Sequence record: PV158447.1
Length of the DNA stretch: 64,000 nt
Strand: one strand, 5' to 3'
Part shown: positions 40,901 to 48,004 of the stretch, piece after piece
Layout: each line of letters starts with the position of its first letter
Position numbering within the stretch: position 1 is the first letter of the stretch
The notes under the pieces: generated by a model
Database searches by the model: none
Told to the model about the DNA's origin: nothing
What the model saw: the letters and a program-made list of their open reading frames with translations, nothing else
Made by a program: the position numbers and the translations under genes

Positions 40901-42903
40901 TACGTCTAAGTGACTCTGTTCCTTATGATGAGATTTTTGCAAAACAGAATGGCGATAACATCGATCTCGTTAGTTATGTTAAACAAGGCGAACAGGTCAC
41001 AGAACGAGCGGTCCCAGTCGGTTGGATTAATGGCGGGGAATTTTCCTACTATGATCCGTATGGGTGGAGAAATGCTGGGTTTCCAGTGATTGATGGTGTC
41101 CGACAAAATTTCTTTGGTAACGGTAATTCGTTCCCAACGTTCTTCGGTAAGCCTGGTTCCGGTGTTCCTGTGAACAGATTCTTCTTGACAAATACAGTCA
41201 CTACGTTCCTGTGGGACACGTATTTGGGAAGGATAATTCCGACGATAGCAAGTCGGAACGTCGAAATTACTATTAACGGCACTGTTTACAACACCAACGG
41301 CGCTCAGTCATTCATCATTCCCAATAACCATGTCAACGTGGTCACCATCACGATCAAGTACTTGGAGACGATTAAGTGGGCGCCCGGGTTAACCAACTTG
41401 AAGACCATCGGGGTCGAAGTGATGAGCCTGGACTTCTCAGGTTCGACTAACTTCACCATTGAAGCTCCCTTGCCTAAACGGATTTACTCGTTGAAAGGGT
41501 TACTGAAAGGTGCCACGGGATCAAGTTATCCGGGACTAGCAACTTGGGATACCAGTAACGTCGTTGATATATCCGAATTGTTGATGAACACCACCAATTT
41601 CAATACCCCATTGACGTGGGTTCTCACCAACTGTCGGAATATGAACCAGTTCGCTAAAAACAGTCGGAAATACGACCAACCCATCACTGAGGCGATGAAC
41701 TTGGTTAACGTTATCGACATGTCGGAGGCGTTTATGGGTGCTTGGGTTTTTAACAGTACGATCACGGGTAAGTTCACTCGTTGTAAAACAATCGCTAGGA
41801 TGTTTGCTAGCAGTCGGTTGTTTAACAAGTCGTTGAACACTGCCCACTTCCCAGCGGTCACTGACATTGATGGACTTTTCCAAGACGCTTACGTATACGA
41901 CACGTCTATTAACGACATAGATATCCCTTCCGTAGAGAAAGCATCTAACGTACTGAAATTGGCAAGGGTGTTCAATAAACCAATTTCAGTCTCTTGGAAT
42001 CAGTGTAAAGATGTTTCTGGTTTCTTGAGTGGGACCGTCTTGTTCAACAGTTCTGTGGAAATGACATTACCGGTTTGCTATAAGTGGAGTAGCTTCTTGG
42101 AGAACGCTAAGGTATTTAACACGGCACTCCCAAGTTGGTTCTTCCCTTATGGCAGTGACGTCAGTTCCATGTTGGCAGGGACAGAGAAATTTAACCAACC
42201 AATCACGTTTAATTTCTCCCGTGTTCAAAAGGCAGGATCTTTCCTCAAAGGAAGTAAGTTATTCCAGCAAGATCTCCCTAACTGTAAATTTACTTTGGCC
42301 GAAGATGTCTCGTACTTTTTTGCAAACACGTCTTACAACGGCCAAATACCGGGATGGGAATTCGCTACCGACGACACTATTGAGGTAGATGCTTCTGGGA
42401 TGTTTAATAACAACCCAGCGTTCAACCGAGATATCAGTGACTGGAATACAATAAGGTTTGTTCTATTGACCGCGATGTTCGACGGAGCCACTGTGTTCAA
42501 CCAGGACGTCGGGAAGTGGAACTATAGTCACGTCAGATCACTGAGTCGATTTGCTAAGAATGCGAAAGCATTTAACCCAGATCTGAGTAAGATAGATGTG
42601 AGTAAGGTGGAGGACTTCTCTGAAATGGTTTATGGTGCATCTGAGTTCCAGAGCGACGTTTCTCTCTGGGATGTTCAGAATGGACTGAACTTTACCAGGA
42701 CATTTTCAGATGTTCCCAAATTCAACTCTGAACAAGCTGACTGGAGACCACGTAAAGCAGTGGTGATGGATTACATGTACGCTGGCGCGCTCATCTACAA
42801 CCGAGATCTTCGTCTCTGGTCAGTAGAGAACGTAACAAGTCATGTGAACTTTGACCAAAACTGTCCCGCATGGGTGCTTCCGCGCCCACGTTGGCCTGCA
42901 TAA
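37918..42903 (+). CDS. tail-tip/fibre protein paralog 3 (1661 aa) with C-terminal DUF285/BspA-like repeats
   Basis: VHGETKENVGMGKKDNFPMGTLQE motif; last ~480 aa are ~25-aa repeats such as WDTSNVVDISELL and MF....FNQD...W. Confidence 0.75.
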   Translation: MIVNPNKSLIPVSVRTNGVGVVLDAFIVNDGNIQAGGSGPSKYEYSLVDIALNGRWPRSNGILNPDIPKPDDDQDDRIDWESKIAQAKREIAIELAKYDEWAAAYVKAHTNKRGVVHGETKENVGMGKKDNFPMGTLQEQHDGLLDNVFVSPSGMRTLIESRLRIDDRTYIPSGVFPVNASGILGDVPMWSYDCEIGELAQSPTNPIEHLGETPFEFSTPTGLLIFPSINNSPVQGRYTQPANGTLPTVYTPWGGTKVRNYNGRVDTRRTRPSFIRGWGLGPYRGDLVKKPSALFDNNAIYYMEGDRVKIRSFNKIELPFDTAEGIYGSTSLLDGIVQYSAEFLYNLKSGIHNRPYTGETGNVPHLLFQYEASKLAGVDLEIVAGPPLHAPEHVVNSSVTYRGDVTMVPAHGKIKVVELVPQVTSIAIPFKELLNFGPADIQLWYDNLNQKLAKKISFGWRNRMRMIGSVRIPLGWYNKDKTKYWNGYIDFEIEFTPNETTRTYRTDIITNGPWTLPKQTLDANWDLVGEGMFKAFEPTTANDPLHPLCMSGIFEPRGGHYKTYTLYNRQYIGFYEHDLTKALEFNDLGTKKPNSINTFNYVTQGTINTDGIYGDHLRHIPIKVADAGRLVTYLTQIRDARNRYRWAFVNVDNDHEVVQNRPYGNYIGPTVLSMSWANETVLTVPSFLIENDDLSSDMNINNMVFNTSNHFSNYLSISIAENREVAIVTGKTVSIDQSVIDWVKEFGGNWFKVNTVFFYFKGNLYWLNQCLNANEYPDNGKDCFYGIIKNCELIYDADGNAVVINKNPILDSVTINSTNVMVKSSLEIKQSDIIGLDRFESQDIYLMKSGEVGNEETWNVMINVGPFNNFYVHFDLRRNHQNNVTTFKPSTTMVDPVFPWDPAKGFQIDYDKVVKYGKDIPHRLHINFQSPVMLTKGMWRFCKTPNDYCFHTRRSGQVKVAGGVMGTFRGVCTHPVGSVTTITGKNTVIQKPVGIRLSDSVPYDEIFAKQNGDNIDLVSYVKQGEQVTERAVPVGWINGGEFSYYDPYGWRNAGFPVIDGVRQNFFGNGNSFPTFFGKPGSGVPVNRFFLTNTVTTFLWDTYLGRIIPTIASRNVEITINGTVYNTNGAQSFIIPNNHVNVVTITIKYLETIKWAPGLTNLKTIGVEVMSLDFSGSTNFTIEAPLPKRIYSLKGLLKGATGSSYPGLATWDTSNVVDISELLMNTTNFNTPLTWVLTNCRNMNQFAKNSRKYDQPITEAMNLVNVIDMSEAFMGAWVFNSTITGKFTRCKTIARMFASSRLFNKSLNTAHFPAVTDIDGLFQDAYVYDTSINDIDIPSVEKASNVLKLARVFNKPISVSWNQCKDVSGFLSGTVLFNSSVEMTLPVCYKWSSFLENAKVFNTALPSWFFPYGSDVSSMLAGTEKFNQPITFNFSRVQKAGSFLKGSKLFQQDLPNCKFTLAEDVSYFFANTSYNGQIPGWEFATDDTIEVDASGMFNNNPAFNRDISDWNTIRFVLLTAMFDGATVFNQDVGKWNYSHVRSLSRFAKNAKAFNPDLSKIDVSKVEDFSEMVYGASEFQSDVSLWDVQNGLNFTRTFSDVPKFNSEQADWRPRKAVVMDYMYAGALIYNRDLRLWSVENVTSHVNFDQNCPAWVLPRPRWPA
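41380..42900 (+). repeat. coding tandem ~25-aa solenoid repeats (DUF285, mycoplasma/BspA-type surface repeat)
   Basis: Recurrent FN..(I/L)..W.(T/V)..V..M..MF pattern read directly from the translation. Confidence 0.75.
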
Positions 42904-42911
42904 TAAAAGAC

Positions 42912-42938
42912 CTCTACTCTCCGCTTGGGAGAGTAGAG
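42912..42938. terminator. bidirectional terminator hairpin, identical to 27555-27581
   Basis: ctctactctccgcttgggagagtagag. Confidence 0.8.
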
Positions 42939-42960
42939 GTTACTTTATATTTCTATTTTT

Positions 42961-42978
42961 ACTTCAAACAGATATAAT
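42961..42978 (+). promoter_or_regulatory. putative early promoter oriented antisense to the spike gene
   Basis: ACTTCAAACAGATATAAT followed by CTAA; 14/18 match to the consensus, same downstream CTAA as the 12596 and 51848 copies. Confidence 0.55.
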
Positions 42979-42999
42979 CTAATTGGTATCCCCCAGTTA

Positions 43000-43941
43000 T
43001 TAAGCTGTTGGAATGGGTTCTTTGGTGTTTGCTGGACCAGGAACAACACCACCGTGAGGGTGTTTAATGAGAGACACTTTACTTGCAATCACGTCAGAAT
43101 CACTTTCAAGATTACCAGTGATTTTATACTCGCCGGTTTGTTTGATATTTCCTTGTATCAAAATCTCAGGAGACTTGATGGTAGTTTGCTCCCCAACCCG
43201 TAGGTTGAATTGTTTCTCAGCTACGATATCCAGCACTTTGGTTTTGATACCAATGTGGTCGGTGCCATTAATCAAGATCTCGTCTTCGGCATTGAGATAC
43301 ATCTTCTTCTTGTCAATTCCAAGAACCGTGTTTTCTTGGTTACTCAACTGCCAGACATGCGCCATGCTGTTCAAGGCAAACAGGTTATCTTCACCATCCA
43401 CTATGTTGAACCTACCTTCTCCAGTATTCAAAACAATACTGTACTGAGTGGGTTCACCATTACCCTGTCCGGTTTCTAGTGAGATAATTTTCTTGTGAGT
43501 AGAGATTGTGAAGATATAATAATTGTCGGAGTTAAGCGGACTATCTTCATTTACATTCGGGGAGGCTGAGTAAGCCATAATTACCGTTTCTAAACGAAGT
43601 GTTCCATCCATCCCGAAATACATCCAGCGGTATTTGTTAGAGCCACTGAATTTATAAACAACAACTTTGGAACCTTTACGTACATCGGGAGAAGTAATCC
43701 GGTTGGTGTTGTACGGTAACCATTTCATCATGATCCCGTTAGCACTTAAACCGGAACTGGAGAACGTATCTCCTGTGGGAGTCTTTATGGTAGACTCTTC
43801 TTCCTTTGTTCCACCCACCGCTTCACCATCCGCCGTAGGGAACAGCGCTGGGCAATGTATCATCACTTCATCGGTATCGGTATCTTTGTCTTGCATGACG
43901 GTACCAACACCGTAACACTCTAATAACTGCATAATTGACAT
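43000..43941 (-). CDS. baseplate central spike (gp5/gpV-like puncturing protein, phiKZ gp164-like)
   Basis: OB-fold-like N-terminus, beta-strand repeats, C-terminal H-x-H (KHPHGGV) metal-binding apex motif. Confidence 0.75.
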   Translation of the reverse strand: MSIMQLLECYGVGTVMQDKDTDTDEVMIHCPALFPTADGEAVGGTKEEESTIKTPTGDTFSSSGLSANGIMMKWLPYNTNRITSPDVRKGSKVVVYKFSGSNKYRWMYFGMDGTLRLETVIMAYSASPNVNEDSPLNSDNYYIFTISTHKKIISLETGQGNGEPTQYSIVLNTGEGRFNIVDGEDNLFALNSMAHVWQLSNQENTVLGIDKKKMYLNAEDEILINGTDHIGIKTKVLDIVAEKQFNLRVGEQTTIKSPEILIQGNIKQTGEYKITGNLESDSDVIASKVSLIKHPHGGVVPGPANTKEPIPTA

Positions 43942-43952
43942 CCTGAGGCATT

Positions 43953-46448
43953 ATGAAAAGTGGACTGATCAGTTTAGTTCTTAAACAGTACAACCCGTTA
44001 GCAAAGAACGGAGTGACTTATGTGGAACTGAATACAAATGATATTTTTAACATTCTGTTAGGTCGGAATGGCTTTGGGAAAACTTCCCTACTGAGAGAGA
44101 TGACACCAGAACCTCCTGACAACGCAGATTATGGGGAAGGTGGTGAAAAGAGATGGATCTACAAAGATAAGCGTGGAACATTCCAACTCCTTTCTCAAAC
44201 TGGTAAAAACTCTTCTCATGAATTCATCTTCAATGGCAAAAACCTGAACGAAGGTAAAACTCTTCTGGTTCAACGAGAATTGGTCAGGAACTTCTTTGGG
44301 TTCAACAGTAACTCCAAGAACATCTTAACCGGGTTGAACGTAAAGGATCTGTTTACCGTTCTCTCACCGGCACGCCGTAAAGAGTTTCTGATGGCGAACA
44401 ACCCCAACGACACCCGATACGCCCTGAAGGTGTTTGATAAACTCAAATCTAACTACAGTACGATTAGGGGTGGGTTAAAGGTCCAACGTCAAAACTTAGC
44501 AATTGAAGAAGGGAGAATGAACCAACTAGCCTCCATGAACGTGGAAGCGTTAGAGAAAGAAATTTCTCTGATGGATGGACAGTTGAAAGAAGCGTTGGTA
44601 TTACATGGAGCTCTTTCACAATACGAGTTTGAATCTATTCGTCCTTTGAAAGAGGAAGTCGATAAGATTATTTCTAAGCTACTTTCTTACCAACCTCAAA
44701 TCAAAATGAGTCGGTATCAGTACAACACTCGAATTGAAGAGGTCGAAACCCAAATTGAACGTAGAAAAGAAACAATTACCAAACTCTCTGCGGTTCTGTC
44801 GGAAGTCACAATTCAGTTACAGGGTCTGGATAAGAGCACGAGTAACTTGGATGGATATGAACTCCGATTAGCACAAATCAACGAGAGTGTGGTTCTTTAT
44901 CAGCAAGAACTGGAACTTGCTCAGTTTCACTTGTCTAACCAAGAGATGTTCTCTGAAGGGAATTTGGATTTGGACGAGGTGTTGGTTGTCCATGGTCACG
45001 AGATTATCGATCAACTTCAACAGGTAGTCAAGACGTCTGATGACCAGATCACATCTGCCTCATTTGTGGCTGGCCGGGAGAAACTTGCTGGTCTGAAGAA
45101 TGAGTTTGGAAATCTGGAGAATGAGATCTCACAAGTCAGACATCAAATAGACCATTTCAATAAAGCAGGTTCGGTAGATTGTCCTGAATGTCATGCCCAA
45201 TTTAAACCTGGTTTTGAGAAACTGGATATCAATAAACTGAACCACAATCTGGAAGACCTCGCCAAACGCTCTGTATCGCTTCAGGAGGAGATCCGTAAGT
45301 GGAGTACGTACATTGAGGTGAATGAGGACTGGTTTATGTCTATGGACGCTCTGATGCGGTTTATCAGACGCATAGGGACTCCTCCGGTTCTGTTGAACCT
45401 AATTAAGGTTTACGGAGTCGGTAGACGGGACACTGGACTTTTGGTAGAGAACATCCGAAGGACCCTTCGTTATAAGGATATTGAGAGACAACTGAATCAA
45501 CTCAATGAAGAAAAGATTACGTTAGAAGCTCAGATCAAGTTCTTGAAAAGTTCTGATGTGAATGCGTTGTTCCTAAGGGCAGAGGAAGTGGAACGTGAAC
45601 TGGCATTGGCTCAACGTAGTCTGATAAATTACAACAAGGAGTTGAGTGAATTAGAGAGTGCAGTTACCATCATGGAGATGGACGGTCAGTTGCGAACTCA
45701 GTTGACTTTCTTGGTTGATGAAATCAAGGAACAGTTGGAAACCAACGGGAAGTTCAAGATCAAACAACAAGTGGAAGTGATCATCAATGATCTTTCTCCC
45801 AAGAAGGATCAAATGGTCAGTTCTCTCATTCGAGCCCAGTCTCTTCATTCAGTAATCGACTCCATCAAGAGGAACATTGCTGAATTAGAGAAGAAAGAGA
45901 AACATACCTTGTTGTTGATGGAAGGACTTTCTCCCGTTAAAGGGTTGATTGGTCATTTGATGAATGACTTCCTGACCTCTGTGATTGCAAACATGAATGC
46001 GTTGATTGGGAAAATCTGGACCAAACGACTAATCATTCTTGGTTGTGAAACGGGTAAAGGGGAAGATGGGACTGTTGATCTTTCTTACAAGTTCCCGGTA
46101 ATCAGTGGGGATACAGATAAGACAAACAAGGACGTCTCGGAATGTTCGGGTGGTGAACAGGAGATCATCAACTTTGCGTTCCGATCGACGATGTTGCGTT
46201 ACTTAGGTGACGAAGCTGGTTTACCATTAATGATGGATGAAGTCGGTGTTGCTTTTGATGAATTGCATAGAAAGAACTTCTGTGTGTGGATTGAGGAACA
46301 ATACCGACTGAACGAACTTCCCCAAACTTTCTTGATCAGTCACTACGTACAACAGTTTGGTAATTTCCAAGATGTGAACGTCATTGCACTGAATACAGAA
46401 GGGTTGAATATCCCGGTAACGGTTAACAAGAAGAGTGTGCTGCGTTAA
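43953..46448 (+). CDS. sbcC: SbcC/Rad50-like SMC ATPase
   Basis: Walker A GRNGFGKTS, coiled coils, CPEC zinc hook, signature CSGGE, Walker B LMMDE, ISH. Confidence 0.92.
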   Translation: MKSGLISLVLKQYNPLAKNGVTYVELNTNDIFNILLGRNGFGKTSLLREMTPEPPDNADYGEGGEKRWIYKDKRGTFQLLSQTGKNSSHEFIFNGKNLNEGKTLLVQRELVRNFFGFNSNSKNILTGLNVKDLFTVLSPARRKEFLMANNPNDTRYALKVFDKLKSNYSTIRGGLKVQRQNLAIEEGRMNQLASMNVEALEKEISLMDGQLKEALVLHGALSQYEFESIRPLKEEVDKIISKLLSYQPQIKMSRYQYNTRIEEVETQIERRKETITKLSAVLSEVTIQLQGLDKSTSNLDGYELRLAQINESVVLYQQELELAQFHLSNQEMFSEGNLDLDEVLVVHGHEIIDQLQQVVKTSDDQITSASFVAGREKLAGLKNEFGNLENEISQVRHQIDHFNKAGSVDCPECHAQFKPGFEKLDINKLNHNLEDLAKRSVSLQEEIRKWSTYIEVNEDWFMSMDALMRFIRRIGTPPVLLNLIKVYGVGRRDTGLLVENIRRTLRYKDIERQLNQLNEEKITLEAQIKFLKSSDVNALFLRAEEVERELALAQRSLINYNKELSELESAVTIMEMDGQLRTQLTFLVDEIKEQLETNGKFKIKQQVEVIINDLSPKKDQMVSSLIRAQSLHSVIDSIKRNIAELEKKEKHTLLLMEGLSPVKGLIGHLMNDFLTSVIANMNALIGKIWTKRLIILGCETGKGEDGTVDLSYKFPVISGDTDKTNKDVSECSGGEQEIINFAFRSTMLRYLGDEAGLPLMMDEVGVAFDELHRKNFCVWIEEQYRLNELPQTFLISHYVQQFGNFQDVNVIALNTEGLNIPVTVNKKSVLR

Positions 46449-46455
46449 TCACGCT

Positions 46456-46485
46456 GAGAGCTCCTAGGACGTCCTAGGAGCTCTC
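46456..46485. repeat. perfect 30-bp palindrome
   Basis: GAGAGCTCCTAGGACGTCCTAGGAGCTCTC equals its own reverse complement. Confidence 0.95.
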
Positions 46486-46596
46486 TTAGATACCAAACGG
46501 TATCTTTCTATGTATTTTATGTCCAGAACCGTTATACTCCCTTACAGGAGTGTAACCTGGATTCCCATCCACCGTTGATTTATAGGGATCTATAAA

Positions 46597-46614
46597 TTTT
46601 CAGATAGATATTAT
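46597..46614 (+). promoter_or_regulatory. putative early promoter
   Basis: TTTTCAGATAGATATTAT (17/18). Confidence 0.75.
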
Positions 46615-46671
46615 CTTAATGTGCAAGTAGGAGTGATTTGTACATTACCCAACTACTCTAGGAGTGACATC

Positions 46672-47445
46672 ATGTTTAAGACGTTCCTCATGACTCTCGT
46701 ACTGATGGTACTGAGTCTGACCCACGCCGTAGCACAAGCTGCCACCTATACCGACCACGACAAATCCGTTATGTTGAATCGTTTCGATACTGTTGCTGAT
46801 GAGTTGTACGAGGCCAGTGTTCGAACGGGAATCAATATGGCCGAGTTGACGGCGATTGCATCGTTGGAATCCAAGTTGCAACATACTGTCCATAATAAAT
46901 CTGGTTATACTACCGCAAAGGGGATGCTCCAATATACGAATCGTACGTGGAAAGTAAAGCGAGACGAGTACGCTCAAGCACTCGGTATTCCATCCAATGC
47001 GCACCAATACAACCTTCGTGCCAACCTGCTCATTGGAAGTAAAGACCTTCAGGACATAAAAGAATTCCTGGTTGAGAACACACACGTCGAAACGCACAAT
47101 CTTCGGTTAGGTGATGTATACATGGCGCACTTCCTTGGTGAAAATGGAGCAATGCGATTACTCAATTCGTATTCCCATAAACCGATGAACCAGATTGTTA
47201 AAATCCATCCTGGTAATAAACGCTACTACTACAAGCCTAATGGCCAAATTCGTACTGCTCGAGAGTTTCGTAATTTCATGGACGAGATTGCTAAACGAGA
47301 GGCGAAGGTTTACGAACAAGCAATCATGGAATATCAAGTAGCAAAACTGTTTAAACCATTCAACGATATTTACGATGCGTTTAAACAACCGAGTTCCACC
47401 ATGCTCGCTATTCGAGAAAGTATGGTCCCTCAGGATTTCGGTTAA
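46672..47445 (+). CDS. lytic transglycosylase (SLT/phiKZ gp144-like catalytic domain) with Sec signal peptide; start 46672
   Basis: AGGAG RBS; MFKTFLMTLVLMVLSLTHAVAQA signal; catalytic IASLES, AKGMLQYT, VYMAHFLGENGA. Confidence 0.85.
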   Translation: MFKTFLMTLVLMVLSLTHAVAQAATYTDHDKSVMLNRFDTVADELYEASVRTGINMAELTAIASLESKLQHTVHNKSGYTTAKGMLQYTNRTWKVKRDEYAQALGIPSNAHQYNLRANLLIGSKDLQDIKEFLVENTHVETHNLRLGDVYMAHFLGENGAMRLLNSYSHKPMNQIVKIHPGNKRYYYKPNGQIRTAREFRNFMDEIAKREAKVYEQAIMEYQVAKLFKPFNDIYDAFKQPSSTMLAIRESMVPQDFG

Positions 47446-47506
47446 TTCTTAACCAACTTAGTGATTGTGTGACGAACTAACATGTTTAATTTATCAGGAA
47501 AGTATC

Positions 47507-47746
47507 ATGTCTTCACACATCAAATGTGGTCTGAACGCAGACCTCTCTCTCAACACCAATCCCCTGGAAACAGATCCGATCATTGACGTCGAGATCACCG
47601 CTGCTGGCGCAATTAGCTGGGGTGGAAAAACCCAGGGTTTCATTAACTACTCCGAAGAGAACAATCGGCCCATCGGGATCACACCAACCGATCAAAATGA
47701 TGAAGTCGCAATTCAGTCTCTTTGTAATATCATGAACTCACTGTAA
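47507..47746 (+). CDS. hypothetical protein (79 aa)
   Basis: CAGGAAAGTATC-ATG RBS typical of this genome. Confidence 0.65.
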   Translation: MSSHIKCGLNADLSLNTNPLETDPIIDVEITAAGAISWGGKTQGFINYSEENNRPIGITPTDQNDEVAIQSLCNIMNSL

Positions 47747-47768
47747 TGTCTGAAATGAAAACCTAAAT

Positions 47769-47792
47769 CCGGGGCAGCGTTGGCTGTCCTGG
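47769..47792 (+). terminator. terminator-like hairpin
   Basis: ccggggcagc-gttg-gctgtcctgg followed by gtttattc. Confidence 0.6.
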
Positions 47793-47829
47793 GTTTATTC
47801 TGTTTATTAATTTAGTAAAGGAATATCAA

Positions 47830-48003
47830 ATGCAAAACGTTACTGTAGAAGAGATTAAGTTGCACTACGACAAATTCACCCTGATCAAAATCCCTACTGT
47901 GGTGAACGGTAAAGAACACATTACTCAAATCTCCCTTTCTGGTCATAATCATCCTGAGAGTAAAATCTCCAGAGTGGTAGAACGATTTAACAAGCGGGTG
48001 TAA
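47830..48003 (+). CDS. small ORF missed by the track (57 aa, MQNVTVEEIKLHYDKF...RFNKRV)
   Basis: AAAGGA RBS; fills the gap; stop 1 nt before the ligase start. Confidence 0.7.
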   Translation: MQNVTVEEIKLHYDKFTLIKIPTVVNGKEHITQISLSGHNHPESKISRVVERFNKRV

Positions 48004-48004
48004 C

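Noticed and set aside
30424-42903. Diversity-generating retroelement or invertible tail-fibre switch
   Set aside because: No reverse transcriptase or invertase, no adenine-specific TR/VR pair, and no flanking inverted repeats seen
43067-43915. Short + strand ORFs inside the spike gene that could explain the 42961 promoter
   Set aside because: No convincing RBS, and they lie wholly antisense to a conserved gene
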